From NCBI GenBank assembly GCA_963771355.1, contig CAVYTA010000005.1, forward strand, positions 256,001-320,000: a stretch of DNA of 64,000 nucleotides. Reading direction: 5' to 3'. Each line of letters starts with the position of its first letter. The stretch's first letter is position 1. The stretch comes from an uncultured Candidatus Rokubacteria bacterium. Lineage in GTDB: Bacteria; Methylomirabilota; Methylomirabilia; Rokubacteriales; CSP1-6. The position numbers and the translations under genes are program-made. Below are positions 1-9,009 of this stretch, piece by piece. The notes below the pieces were generated by a model, which saw only the letters and a list, made by a program, of their open reading frames with translations, was not told where the DNA came from and did no database searches.

Positions 1-155
1 AGCCCGCTGAAGCGCGTCTTGTCCGGAGAGAGCGCGGGATCCGCGTGCCCGTTCGCCGGCACCGGCTGCCAGTAGGACGGGCCCTCGCCGGGCTGCACGA
101 CCACGGCGTGCCCGCGGTGCGGCTCGCGCCCGCTGGCGGCGCCCGACGCGCTCAC
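1..155 (-). CDS. 5' part of a probable cupin-domain protein, running off the left edge
   Basis: GTG at 155 overlaps the ltaE stop (GTGA). Frame is open to the edge: VSASGAASGREPHRGHAVVVQPGEGPSYWQPVPANGHADPALSPDKTRFSG. Cupin call is from resemblance of the N-terminus only. Confidence 0.55.
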   Translation of the reverse strand, partial: MSASGAASGREPHRGHAVVVQPGEGPSYWQPVPANGHADPALSPDKTRFSG

Positions 156-1201
156 TTGGCGCCTCCGAGCACGGCGCGGGCGACCTCGAGGGTCTGCTCG
201 ACCTGGGCCGCGCTCACGTCGAGATGGGTGACGGCGCGAATCGTCTTCGCCCCCATGGCGCCCATCCGGATTCCACGGGCGAGCAGGCGCTCGACCACGG
301 TGGGCGCGTCCAGCGGGCCGGTGAGGTCGAAGAAGACCAGGTTGGTCTCCACCGACGCGGGGTCGAGACGGACGCCGGGCAGCGCGGCCAGTCCCTCCGC
401 GAGGCGCCGGGCATTGGCGTGGTCCTCGGCCAGGCGCTTGACGTGGTGGCGGAGGGCGTAGACGCCGCCCGCGGCGATGATTCCGGCCTGGCGCATGGCG
501 CCCCCCATCTGCTGCTTGAGCCGCCAGGCTTCCGTGATGAACTCGCGGGAGCCCGCCAGCGCGGCCCCCACCGGTGCGCCCAGCCCCTTGGTGAAGTCGA
601 TCCACGTCGAGTCGAAGGGCGCGGCAAAGTCCCGCGCGGCCACGCCGCTGGCGACCACCGCGTTCATGAGCCGGGCGCCGTCCATGTGGGTCTTGAGGCC
701 GCGGCGTCTGGCCACCTCCGTCACCGCCTCGATCTGCCGGAGCGGCCAGATGCTGCCGCCCCCCAGATTCGCCGTCTGCTCCACCCAGAGGAGCCGGCTC
801 CGCGGGAAGTAGCGCACCTCGGGCGCCCGGATGGCGGCCTCCACGGTGGCGGCGTCGAACTGGCCGCGCGGACCGTCCACCGCCTGCACGTTCACGCCGG
901 CCAGCGCGCCGGGCCCGCCCGACTCGAAGTGGATGGGGTGCGCGGTGCGATGCGCGATCATCTCCTCGCCCGGCCGGCAGTGGACGCGGATGGCGATCTC
1001 GTTGCACATGGTGCCCGAGGGCAGGAAGACCGCGGCCTCCTTGCCCAGGAGCTCGGCCACCATCTCCTGGAGGAGGTTGACGGTCGGGTCCTCGAACTTC
1101 TGCTCGTCGCCCACCTCCGCCTCGCACATGAAGCGGCGCATCTCGGCGGTGGGCTTGGTCAGGGTGTCGCTGTAGAGATCGACCTCGATGGTGGGCGTCA
1201 T
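152..1201 (-). CDS. ltaE: Low-specificity L-threonine aldolase (PLP-dependent)
   Basis: DLYSDTLTKP, GDEQKFEDPTV, PSGTMCN, HMDGARLMNA, FTKGLGAP (PLP lysine), GGAMRQAG. Start moved to ATG 1201, which has TATCAT 6 nt upstream. Confidence 0.9.
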   Translation of the reverse strand: MTPTIEVDLYSDTLTKPTAEMRRFMCEAEVGDEQKFEDPTVNLLQEMVAELLGKEAAVFLPSGTMCNEIAIRVHCRPGEEMIAHRTAHPIHFESGGPGALAGVNVQAVDGPRGQFDAATVEAAIRAPEVRYFPRSRLLWVEQTANLGGGSIWPLRQIEAVTEVARRRGLKTHMDGARLMNAVVASGVAARDFAAPFDSTWIDFTKGLGAPVGAALAGSREFITEAWRLKQQMGGAMRQAGIIAAGGVYALRHHVKRLAEDHANARRLAEGLAALPGVRLDPASVETNLVFFDLTGPLDAPTVVERLLARGIRMGAMGAKTIRAVTHLDVSAAQVEQTLEVARAVLGGAK

Positions 1202-1259
1202 GAGCGAATGATAGGCGACCGCCCCCGGCGTCGCAAGCGGCGCGGTGTAGAGTGAGGTC

Positions 1260-2064
1260 ATGGCGGTGGCGGCGCGCAAGCCCGATCTTCCGGTTCTGAT
1301 CGTCGCGCTCGCCGGCCTCGTGGTGGCGGGTTACCTCGCCTGGATCAAGTGGTCGGGCACGGGCGCGCTCTTCTGCACGGCGGGGAGCGGCTGCGACATC
1401 GTCCAGGCCAGCCGCTACGCGATCTTCCTGGGCGTGCCCACCGCGCTCTGGGGCGCGCTCGTGTACCTGGCCCTCGGGATCCTCGCGCTGCTGGGCCTCG
1501 AGGGACGGAAGTGGCGCGTGGCCGTGGTCCTGGCCTCGGGCGCCGTCGGCTTCTCCGCCTATCTCACCTTCCTCTCCATCACCCAGCTCGGGACGACGTG
1601 CCTCTACTGCCTCGTCTCGGCGGGCCTGTCCGTGCTGCTGCTGGTCGTGCTGCTCCTTCGGCGTCCGCGCGCGCCCGCCGGCGCGCGGGGCCTCCCGCTG
1701 GCCGTGCTCGGCGTCGGCGCCGGCGGTGGCCGCCATCGTGCTCGGCGCCTTCGTCTTCGCGGCGGGGCCCGCGGGCGCCACGCCGTACCAGCTCGCGCTC
1801 GCGCGCCATCTCGCCCAGTCCAAGGCAGTGTTCTACGGCGCGTACTGGTGCCCGCACTGCCAGGAGCAGAAGCACCAGTTCGGCGGAGCGGCCGGCCTCC
1901 TCCCCTATGTCGAGTGCGATCCCAAGGGGCCGAACGCGCAGCCGGAGCGCTGCGAGCGCGCGGGGGTGCGCGTCTTTCCCACCTGGGACATCGGCGGCAG
2001 CCGGCGCGAGGGCGTGCAGTCGCTGGAGGCGCTGGCCGAGGCCTCCGGCTTGCCGAAGAGCTAG
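1260..2064 (+). CDS. VKOR (vitamin K epoxide reductase family) disulfide-bond-forming protein fused to a thioredoxin-like domain; +1 frameshift near 1720
   Basis: First frame: TM helices, CTAGSGCDIVQAS loop cysteines and CLYC. Second frame (1726-2064): YGAYWCPHC, YVEC...C...FPTW. Confidence 0.85.
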
Positions 2065-3620
2065 AGGCGCTGGGCGCCCGGCCGCCCGCTCTCCACCACG
2101 AACGAGGCGAGCGTGCCGATCGCCGTTCTCGGATCCACCGCATTCTCCAGCGCGCGTAGCTCGGTGAGCCAGCGCTCCGGCGTCACCGTGCAGCGCACAT
2201 AGCCCCGCGGCCGGCTGTCGAAGAAGCGCACGTGCGGATTGTCCGGCAGCAGCCGGGCGACGCGGTCGTAGGGAATCCCGGGCGAGCTGATCGAGGTGCC
2301 GACGAACTCGGTCGCCACCACCGGCGCCGACTCGGTGAAGTCCACCTTGAGGTCCGTGACCCAGTAGGAATGGATGTCTCCTCCGATCACGACGGGGTTG
2401 GGCACCCGCCGGTCGCGGAGCTGCGCGAGCACGCGCTGCCGCGCGTCCGCATAGCCGTCCCAGCCGTCCGTCCAGTAGGCTTCCGCGCCGGCTCGGTTGC
2501 GCTGGCGTAGCTGGGCCATGAGCTGCTGCTGGGCCAGGATCGTCCAGCGCGACCGGGCGCGGCCGAGGCCTTCGAACAGCCATTGCTCCTGCGCGGCGCC
2601 CAGTCGCGTCTGGGCGGGATCCAGGCGGGCCGCGCAGTCCGTCACCAGCTGGCCGCCGCCGGGCCGCCCTTCGCCGCAGGCCTGCACGGCGCGATACTGC
2701 CGGCCGTCGAGCACGAAGAAGTTCGCCAGCGTTCCCCAGCCGAGGTCGCGATAGAGCCGCATGTCGGGACCGTGGGGCAGGGTGGAGCGCCGCAAGGGCA
2801 TGTGCTCGTAGTACGCCTGGTAGGCGCCCGCGCGCCGGCGCCGGAAGGCTCCGGGATCGTCGCGGTGCTGCGACCGGTCGCTGGCGTAGTCGTTCGAGAC
2901 CTCGTGATCGTCCCAGGTGACGACCCAGGGATAGGCGGCATGCGCGGCCTGCAGATCGGGGTCGGTCTTGTAGAGCGCGTGGCGGCGGCGATAGCCGTCG
3001 AGGTCGGTGGCCTCGGGGAGATCGTGGCGGCGCACGGGCGGAGTCTTCGCCGAGGTCTCGTAGATGTAGTCGCCCAGGTGCACGACGAGGTCGAGGTTGT
3101 CGGACAGCATGTGGTGATAGGCCGCGTAGTGGCCGAACTCCCAGTGCTGGCAGGACGCGAAGGCGAAGCGGAGGCGCTCGGGACGGGTGTCCGGCCGCGG
3201 CGCCGTGCGGGTGCGCGCCACACGCGAGACCTCGTCCCCCACGTGGAAGCGGTACCAGTACCAGCGCGCGGGCTCGAGTCCCTGCAGCTCCACGTGGACG
3301 GAGTGGGCGAGGTCCGCGGTGGCCACGCTCGTTCCCTTCTGCACGATGCGCTGCATGCGCTCGTCCTCGGCCACCTCCCAGCCCACCGTCACCGGATCCG
3401 GCCCCATGCCGCCGTCGCGCTTGAGCGGCTCGGGGGCCAGCCGCGTCCAGAGCACCACGCCGTCGGGTCGCGGGTCGCCCGACGCGACGCCGAGCTTGAA
3501 GGGATGGTCGGAGAAACGGGCTCTGGCCCGGGCGCATCCGGCCAGGGTATGGCCCGTCAGGGCCAGGGTCGCGAGCGCTCCGGCGCCGGACAGGAGCTCG
3601 CGGCGGGTCAGCATGACCAT
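2061..3620 (-). CDS. phoD: Alkaline phosphatase D, Tat-exported
   Basis: TRRELL twin-arginine signal; GVASGDP, FASCQH, HLGDYIYE, WDDHEV, LDGRQYR, DGWDGY, GGDIHS. Confidence 0.93.
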   Translation of the reverse strand: MVMLTRRELLSGAGALATLALTGHTLAGCARARARFSDHPFKLGVASGDPRPDGVVLWTRLAPEPLKRDGGMGPDPVTVGWEVAEDERMQRIVQKGTSVATADLAHSVHVELQGLEPARWYWYRFHVGDEVSRVARTRTAPRPDTRPERLRFAFASCQHWEFGHYAAYHHMLSDNLDLVVHLGDYIYETSAKTPPVRRHDLPEATDLDGYRRRHALYKTDPDLQAAHAAYPWVVTWDDHEVSNDYASDRSQHRDDPGAFRRRRAGAYQAYYEHMPLRRSTLPHGPDMRLYRDLGWGTLANFFVLDGRQYRAVQACGEGRPGGGQLVTDCAARLDPAQTRLGAAQEQWLFEGLGRARSRWTILAQQQLMAQLRQRNRAGAEAYWTDGWDGYADARQRVLAQLRDRRVPNPVVIGGDIHSYWVTDLKVDFTESAPVVATEFVGTSISSPGIPYDRVARLLPDNPHVRFFDSRPRGYVRCTVTPERWLTELRALENAVDPRTAIGTLASFVVESGRPGAQRL

Positions 3621-3738
3621 GTCGCCAATCTTAACGCGGTGTCATCTCCTCGACGGCATGAGCTGGGGTGCAAGCTTTCTGCAACGGGGAAACACCGGAA
3701 ATGAAGGCAATGCGCCATTCGTGACGGGGCGTCTTCGA

Positions 3739-3754
3739 TGGCACCCGCCGTGCA
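3739..3754 (+). promoter_or_regulatory. Sigma54 (-24/-12) promoter upstream of the pilin gene
   Basis: TGGCAC-CCGCC-GTGCA has exact GG-N10-GC spacing and lies 57 nt upstream of the pilin ATG. Confidence 0.7.
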
Positions 3755-3810
3755 TACGGTCGCGGCGTCTCAGTGTCCGAGTCCTGTCTCTCACCTCAGG
3801 AGGACCCTTC

Positions 3811-4215
3811 ATGATCGAAGCACGCCGTCCCATGTCTTGCCGGCTCACGGGCGCACGCGGCTTCACCCTGATCGAGCTGATGATCGTCGTGGCGATCATC
3901 GGCATCCTCGCCGCGATCGCCATCCCGCTCTACGCGAACATCCAGGCCCGAGCCCGGATCGCGAAAGCACAGGCGGACGCGCGGACCCTGGTCTCCGCCG
4001 TGAGCATCTATTCGGCCCACATGGGCACACTCCCCGCGGCGCTCAGCGCCCTGAACTCGGTGGCGACGAACAGCATGGGGCAGACCGCCGGGCCCTTCAT
4101 GGCTTCGACCCCGGCCCCGCCGGCGGGCTGGACGGCCTATGGCTATACCTCGACGGCGGGCGGCACGTTCACCGTCTCGACCAGCGGCGACGCCACCACC
4201 GTGAGCCTCCCCTAG
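3811..4215 (+). CDS. pilA: Type IV major pilin-like protein (class III signal peptide)
   Basis: AGGAGG RBS at 3798-3803; G|FTLIELMIVVAIIGILAAIAIP with Glu5. About 117-aa mature chain with no cysteines. Confidence 0.85.
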   Translation: MIEARRPMSCRLTGARGFTLIELMIVVAIIGILAAIAIPLYANIQARARIAKAQADARTLVSAVSIYSAHMGTLPAALSALNSVATNSMGQTAGPFMASTPAPPAGWTAYGYTSTAGGTFTVSTSGDATTVSLP

Positions 4216-4237
4216 GCGGCTGCTGTAAGCTAGAAGC

Positions 4238-4738
4238 ATGCGGTACGGCGCGGGCGCGATGATCCTCGTCTCGATGGCGCTGCTCTCCGGGTGCGCGACC
4301 TCGTCCGGCCTCCGGTACAAGCCGGAGCCGCCGGGCGTGGGCGCGTCCATCTCCGCCGACTACATGGTGCTCGTCGACCGCGTCCGGGTCGAGATCGACA
4401 CGCGCGGCGCCCGCCTGGAGGACATCCAGATCCTCATGCCGGACGGATCCGCCATCCGTCCCCAGACCATCGAGTACCCCGCCTTCCGCACCGATAGCGG
4501 CGTGAGCTTCGGGATCGGGGTGGGTGGGGGCGGATACAGGGGCGGCGGCGGCGGAGTCGGGACGGGTGTCGGCGTGGGCACCACCATGCCCGTGGGCGAC
4601 ACTCGCGCCGACGGCAATACGGTGGCGTATTTCCCCCTCGACCAGGTGGGGCCGGCCCCGTGGCGCGTGCGCACCCAGCTCACCGGACTGGGGCCGGCGT
4701 TCTTCGTGCTCGGAGGCAATACGGGCGCGACCAAGTAA
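4238..4738 (+). CDS. Hypothetical lipoprotein with a Gly-rich segment
   Basis: Lipobox LLSG|C after a hydrophobic leader; GIGVGGGGYRGGGGGVGTGVGVG. Confidence 0.7.
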   Translation: MRYGAGAMILVSMALLSGCATSSGLRYKPEPPGVGASISADYMVLVDRVRVEIDTRGARLEDIQILMPDGSAIRPQTIEYPAFRTDSGVSFGIGVGGGGYRGGGGGVGTGVGVGTTMPVGDTRADGNTVAYFPLDQVGPAPWRVRTQLTGLGPAFFVLGGNTGATK

Positions 4739-4746
4739 CCGTACCC

Positions 4747-4789
4747 GAACGCGATGCGGGCGCGACGACCTCGTCGCGCCCGCGCGTTC
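4747..4789. terminator. GC-rich hairpin between convergent genes
   Basis: GCGGGCGCGACGA-CC-TCGTCGCGCCCGC inverted repeat, extended by GAACGCG/CGCGTTC. No strong U-tract. Confidence 0.55.
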
Positions 4790-4821
4790 TCGCTTTCGCC
4801 GCCCTCGAACTCCCGCGCGAT

Positions 4822-5253
4822 CTACCGTCCGCTGAGGACGAGCACCGGAACCGACGACTTCCGTCGCAGCCCGCTGGCCAGGGAGCCGTAGAGCCGGCCG
4901 AACCAGCCACGGCGCGGCTCGGTGACCGCCACCAGATCAGCGCCGAAGGCTTCCGCTTCCTCGGCGATCTCGTCCGCAGGCTCACCGAAGCGCACCACCG
5001 ACTCCACCGGGACGCCCTGCAGGTGGGCCTGGGCGCCGCGCAGGTAGTCGAGCCGGCTGAAGGTGATGCGCTCCATCTCCTGGCTCTCGTACGCCACGAC
5101 GCGGCCGTAGTCGCCGAGCTTCTGCTCGGGAAGCCGGGCCACGTTCAGGAGCCGGACGGTTGCGCCGCTACTGCGGGCGATATCGGCCACGAGGGGCAGG
5201 ACAGCCTCCGCATGCTCACTTCGATCCAGCGGAACCAGAATTCGCTTTGCCAT
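4822..5253 (-). CDS. Universal stress protein (UspA family)
   Basis: KRILVPLDRS, GEPADEI...ADLV, YGSLASGLRRKSSVPVLV; GGAGG RBS. Confidence 0.9.
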   Translation of the reverse strand: MAKRILVPLDRSEHAEAVLPLVADIARSSGATVRLLNVARLPEQKLGDYGRVVAYESQEMERITFSRLDYLRGAQAHLQGVPVESVVRFGEPADEIAEEAEAFGADLVAVTEPRRGWFGRLYGSLASGLRRKSSVPVLVLSGR

Positions 5254-5381
5254 ATGATTGCACCTCCCTCTTCCGCCTCTTTAGAGGGACGCGCGCCCGC
5301 GAGGGATTCCCCTCTTATTAGGGGGAATTCATCGGAATCTCCGCCCTGGCCTCCCGCATCGGAAGGGTGGAGGTGGCTGTC

Positions 5382-5744
5382 ATGGAAGCGATACTCGTAG
5401 GACTCCTGGTGCTGGCCATGGTGGTAGTGCCTCTCGCCGTGTCGGTCTGGTCTGACCGCCGGCGCGAGCAGGCCGACGTCGTCGCGGCCGCGGCCCGTTC
5501 AGCCGTACGACAGCGGCTCGAAGGTGACGCTTTTGTGACGGTGGACGTGACGGCACCGACGCCGTGGGCGGTGGGCCGCGTGGTGCTCGCCGCGCCGGCC
5601 GGATATGGCTGGATGGTGGAGCGCTCGTGGGCCGCGGTCGCTCAGCGGGTGCCCGCGGATTATGAGCTGGTGGTGCACGCCGCGCCCATTTCGGCCAAGC
5701 CGGGCTTGTCGGTCGGCGACACGGCGCTTCGCCGCGCCGCCTGA
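5382..5744 (+). CDS. Hypothetical membrane-anchored protein
   Basis: GGAGG RBS, N-terminal TM helix, divergent from the USP gene. Confidence 0.65.
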   Translation: MEAILVGLLVLAMVVVPLAVSVWSDRRREQADVVAAAARSAVRQRLEGDAFVTVDVTAPTPWAVGRVVLAAPAGYGWMVERSWAAVAQRVPADYELVVHAAPISAKPGLSVGDTALRRAA

Positions 5745-5820
5745 TCCGACGGAGCCGATCCCGCCGGCCTGACACGCGGGGCGGGCCGCCGATGCGGTCC
5801 GCCCCGCCGTGCTACCATCC

Positions 5821-5862
5821 GACTCTGTGGCCGATTCCGTGGCCGATTCCGTGGCGAACTCC
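5821..5862 (+). repeat. 12-bp tandem repeat, about 3.5 units
   Basis: GACTCTGTGGCC GATTCCGTGGCC GATTCCGTGGCG AACTCC. Confidence 0.8.
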
Positions 5863-7155
5863 GGGACCGTCGCCGTGAAGGACTCTGCCGGTCCCGCGCT
5901 CCGCGTCGTCGCGCTTCTCTCCGCTCTCACCGCGGTCAGCCAGTTCTATCGCGCCTCGCTCTCCGCCATCGCCCCCGAGGTCTCGCATGACCTCGCGCTG
6001 TCCCCCGACGCCCTCGGACTCGCCAACGGCGTCTTCTTCCTCGCGCTGGGTGTGGTGCAGCTCCCGGTGGGCATGGTCTTCGACCGCGTGGGCCCTCGCC
6101 GCACCATCGGCGCCCTCACCCTGCTCGCGGTGGCGGGCTCATTGCTCCACGCCGCCGCCACCACCGCCACTGCGCTCGTGGTGGCCCGCGCGGTGATCGG
6201 GCTCGGCTGCGCCGGGAGCTTCATGGGCGCGGTGGTGCTCTGCCATCGCTGGTACGGGGGCGCGCGCTTCACCACCGCGCTGTCGTGGATCTTCGCGCTC
6301 TCGAATCTCGGCACCCTCGCTGCCGCCACCCCGCTCGCCGCGGTCACCGAGCACGTGGGATGGCGATGGGCGTTCGTGTACGCCACCGGCGTGACGGTGC
6401 TCGTGGGCGTGCTCTTCCATCTCCTCGTTCGCGATGCGCCGCCCGGCCGGACGGCTGCCGCGCCCACCGCGGAGCGCCTCGGGGCCATCCTGCGCGGGCT
6501 CGCGCAAGTATGGCGGAGCCCCGGGCTTCCGCGCGTGCTCGCCATCCACACGTTCGCCTACGCGAGCATGATCACCGTGCTGGGGCTGTGGGCCGGGCCC
6601 TACCTCCACGACGTCCACGGCATGGACGCCATCACGCGCGGCAACGTGCTCCTCGCGATGGGGCTCGCACAGCTCGTGGGCATCCTCGCGTATGGGCCGC
6701 TCGACCGGATCTTCAACTCGCGCAAGCGCGTGGTGCTGGCGGGCGCGGTCGGCTCCGTCGTGATCCTCGGCACGCTGGCGGCGCTCTCGCGGCCCCCGGC
6801 CTGGCTCGCGGTGGTTCTGCTGGTGCTGTTCTGCCTGGTGACCGCGTACGGCGTGGTGATCGTGGCGCATGGGCGGAGCCTCTTTCCCGACGAGCTGGCG
6901 GGACGCGGCGTGACCACCGTGAACCTGGCCCAGGTGGTGGGCTGCGCGGGGCTCCCCATCCTCACCGGGGCCATCATCGCCGCCTTTCCCGCGTCCGGGG
7001 GCGGCTCGCCCGAGCTGGCGTACCGGGTCACCTTCGGCGTGATCGCGGCCGGCCTCGCCGCCGGACTCGCAGTGTACGCGGGGGCGCGCGACGTCCCGCC
7101 GCGCCCTGCGCCGCCGCCCCAACCCGACAAGGGAGGACTGACGTGGGCCCGCTGA
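5827..7155 (+). CDS. MFS transporter (start uncertain, 5827-5875)
   Basis: About 12 hydrophobic helices; GMVFDRVGPRR motif A. Confidence 0.88.
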   Translation: MADSVADSVANSGTVAVKDSAGPALRVVALLSALTAVSQFYRASLSAIAPEVSHDLALSPDALGLANGVFFLALGVVQLPVGMVFDRVGPRRTIGALTLLAVAGSLLHAAATTATALVVARAVIGLGCAGSFMGAVVLCHRWYGGARFTTALSWIFALSNLGTLAAATPLAAVTEHVGWRWAFVYATGVTVLVGVLFHLLVRDAPPGRTAAAPTAERLGAILRGLAQVWRSPGLPRVLAIHTFAYASMITVLGLWAGPYLHDVHGMDAITRGNVLLAMGLAQLVGILAYGPLDRIFNSRKRVVLAGAVGSVVILGTLAALSRPPAWLAVVLLVLFCLVTAYGVVIVAHGRSLFPDELAGRGVTTVNLAQVVGCAGLPILTGAIIAAFPASGGGSPELAYRVTFGVIAAGLAAGLAVYAGARDVPPRPAPPPQPDKGGLTWAR

Positions 7156-7206
7156 CGTCGGCGGTGGGTCGGCCCTGACGCCGGCACCGGGCGGGATTGA
7201 CCGGCG

Positions 7207-7235
7207 CTGACGCCGCGCGCGCCGCGTGATAGTCT
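7207..7235 (+). promoter_or_regulatory. Sigma70-type promoter of the LLM operon
   Basis: CTGACG-N17-TAGTCT with an extended -10 TG (TGaTAGTCT). Confidence 0.55.
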
Positions 7236-7343
7236 GGGCGGCGTGATTCGCCGTCCGCCCGCCGCCCGTTTCCTCACGCTCGTTGCCCTCGTGGTCCTTT
7301 CTCCGGTCCCTCTCGGAGGCACCCCCTCCGCCGGAGGCACCCG

Positions 7344-8633
7344 ATGAAGTTCGGCATCTTCTACGAGCATCAGCTCCCGCGCCCCTGGGCCGAGGGCGCG
7401 GAGCAGCGACTGTTCCAGGACGCGCTCGATCAGGTGGAGCTGGCGGACCGGCTGGGCATCGACCATGCCTGGGAGGTGGAGCATCACTTCCTCGAGGAGT
7501 ACTCCCACTCCTCCGCCCCCGAGGTGTTCCTCGCCGCCGCCTCCCAGCGGACCAAGCGCATCCGGCTCGGCCACGGAATCGTGCTCATGCCGCCCGGCTA
7601 CAATGCGCCCGCCCGCATCGCCGAGCGGATCGCCACCCTGGATCTGGTCTCCAACGGCCGCGTGGACTGGGGCACGGGCGAGTCGGCCTCCCGCGCGGAG
7701 CTGGAGGGCTTCGGCATCGACGCGGACGAGCGCCGCGCCATGTGGCGCGAGACGGTGGAGCAGGTCGCCAACATGATGGTGATGGATCCCTATCCCGGCT
7801 TCCAGGGGAAGTACTTCTCCATGCCGGTGCGCAATGTCGTCCCCAAGCCGGTGCAGAAGCCCCACCCGCCGCTCTGGGTGGCCTGCTCCAATCGCAACAC
7901 CATCCACCTCGCGGCGCAGCTCGGCATCGGCGCCCTCACCTTCGCGTTCATCGATCCCGCGGAGGCGCGGCAGTGGGTGGACGACTACTACGAGACGTTC
8001 AAGAAGGAGTGCGTGCCCATCGGCCACGCGGTGAATCCCAACATCGCCATGGTGACCTCCTTCTCCTGCCATCCCGACGAGGCCGAGGCGCGGCGGCGAG
8101 GCACCGACGGCTTCCGCTTCTTCCAGTTCGCCCTGGGCCACCACTATGCCTTCGGCACTCACAAGCCGGGGCGCACCAATATCTGGAACAAGTACGTGGC
8201 GGTGCGCGATGCCCTGGGCATGGAGCTGATGGGTGGCGGCACCGGCGGCATCGGCACGCCGGAGCAGCTGCGCCACCACCTGCGGACCTTCGAGGACTCG
8301 GGCGTCGATCAGACCGTCTTCATCCAGCAGGGCGGCAACAACCGCCACGAGCACATCTGCGAGTCGCTGGAGCTCTTCGCGGGGCAGGTGATGCCCGAGT
8401 TCCGCGAGCGGGAGGCCGCGCGTGCCGAGCGGAAGGCCCGGGAGCTCGCCCCTTACGTGGCCGCCGCCTTCGAGAGAAAAGAGAAGCTCAAGCCGCTTGC
8501 CGACGAGGACATCCCGACCTATCCCGCCTACGGGCTCACCGTGGCCCAGGTGGATCTCGCCACCCTGCCCGAGGCCAATCGCCAGCGCGCGCTCGTCTTC
8601 CGGAAGATGCGCGAGATCATGGAGCGCTCATGA
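7344..8633 (+). CDS. LLM-class (luciferase-like) flavin-dependent oxidoreductase
   Basis: MKFGIFYEHQ, WEVEHHF, RIAERIATLDLVSNGRVDWGTG, PKPVQKPHPPLW. Confidence 0.9.
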   Translation: MKFGIFYEHQLPRPWAEGAEQRLFQDALDQVELADRLGIDHAWEVEHHFLEEYSHSSAPEVFLAAASQRTKRIRLGHGIVLMPPGYNAPARIAERIATLDLVSNGRVDWGTGESASRAELEGFGIDADERRAMWRETVEQVANMMVMDPYPGFQGKYFSMPVRNVVPKPVQKPHPPLWVACSNRNTIHLAAQLGIGALTFAFIDPAEARQWVDDYYETFKKECVPIGHAVNPNIAMVTSFSCHPDEAEARRRGTDGFRFFQFALGHHYAFGTHKPGRTNIWNKYVAVRDALGMELMGGGTGGIGTPEQLRHHLRTFEDSGVDQTVFIQQGGNNRHEHICESLELFAGQVMPEFREREAARAERKARELAPYVAAAFERKEKLKPLADEDIPTYPAYGLTVAQVDLATLPEANRQRALVFRKMREIMERS

Positions 8634-9004
8634 AGGCCGTTCGGATCTACACCGGCGCCGACAAGAAGTCGCACTTCGAGGATCTGGACATTCCGCTCAA
8701 GCCCGGCACCTACGGCACCCTCTCCGATCTCGTGCCCTCCGAAGGCGTGATCTTCCGCGAGACGCCGGCGGGCGGCGCGCTGGACTTCCACGTGGCGCCG
8801 CGGCGCCAGTTCGTCATCACCCTGGCCGGGCGCGTCGAGGTGGAGTGCGGCGACGGCACCAAGCAACGCTTCGGGCCCGGCGACATCATGCTGGCCGACG
8901 ACACGACCGGGCAGGGGCACATCACGCGGGAGATCGAAGCGCCACGGAAGAGCCTCTTCATTCTGCTGCCGGCGAGCTTCGATGCCAGCGCCTGGAAGCT
9001 CTGA
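8630..9004 (+). CDS. Small cupin-like protein
   Basis: ATGA overlap; MKAVRIYTGADKKSHFED, FHVAPRRQFVITLAGRVEVE, DDTTGQGH. Confidence 0.8.
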   Translation: MKAVRIYTGADKKSHFEDLDIPLKPGTYGTLSDLVPSEGVIFRETPAGGALDFHVAPRRQFVITLAGRVEVECGDGTKQRFGPGDIMLADDTTGQGHITREIEAPRKSLFILLPASFDASAWKL

Positions 9005-9009
9005 AGCGG

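Noticed and set aside
3811..4215. Electrically conductive short e-pilin with a PilA-C partner
   Set aside because: The mature pilin is about 117 aa with a full globular head and sparse aromatics; the downstream gene is a lipoprotein with its own -10 box.
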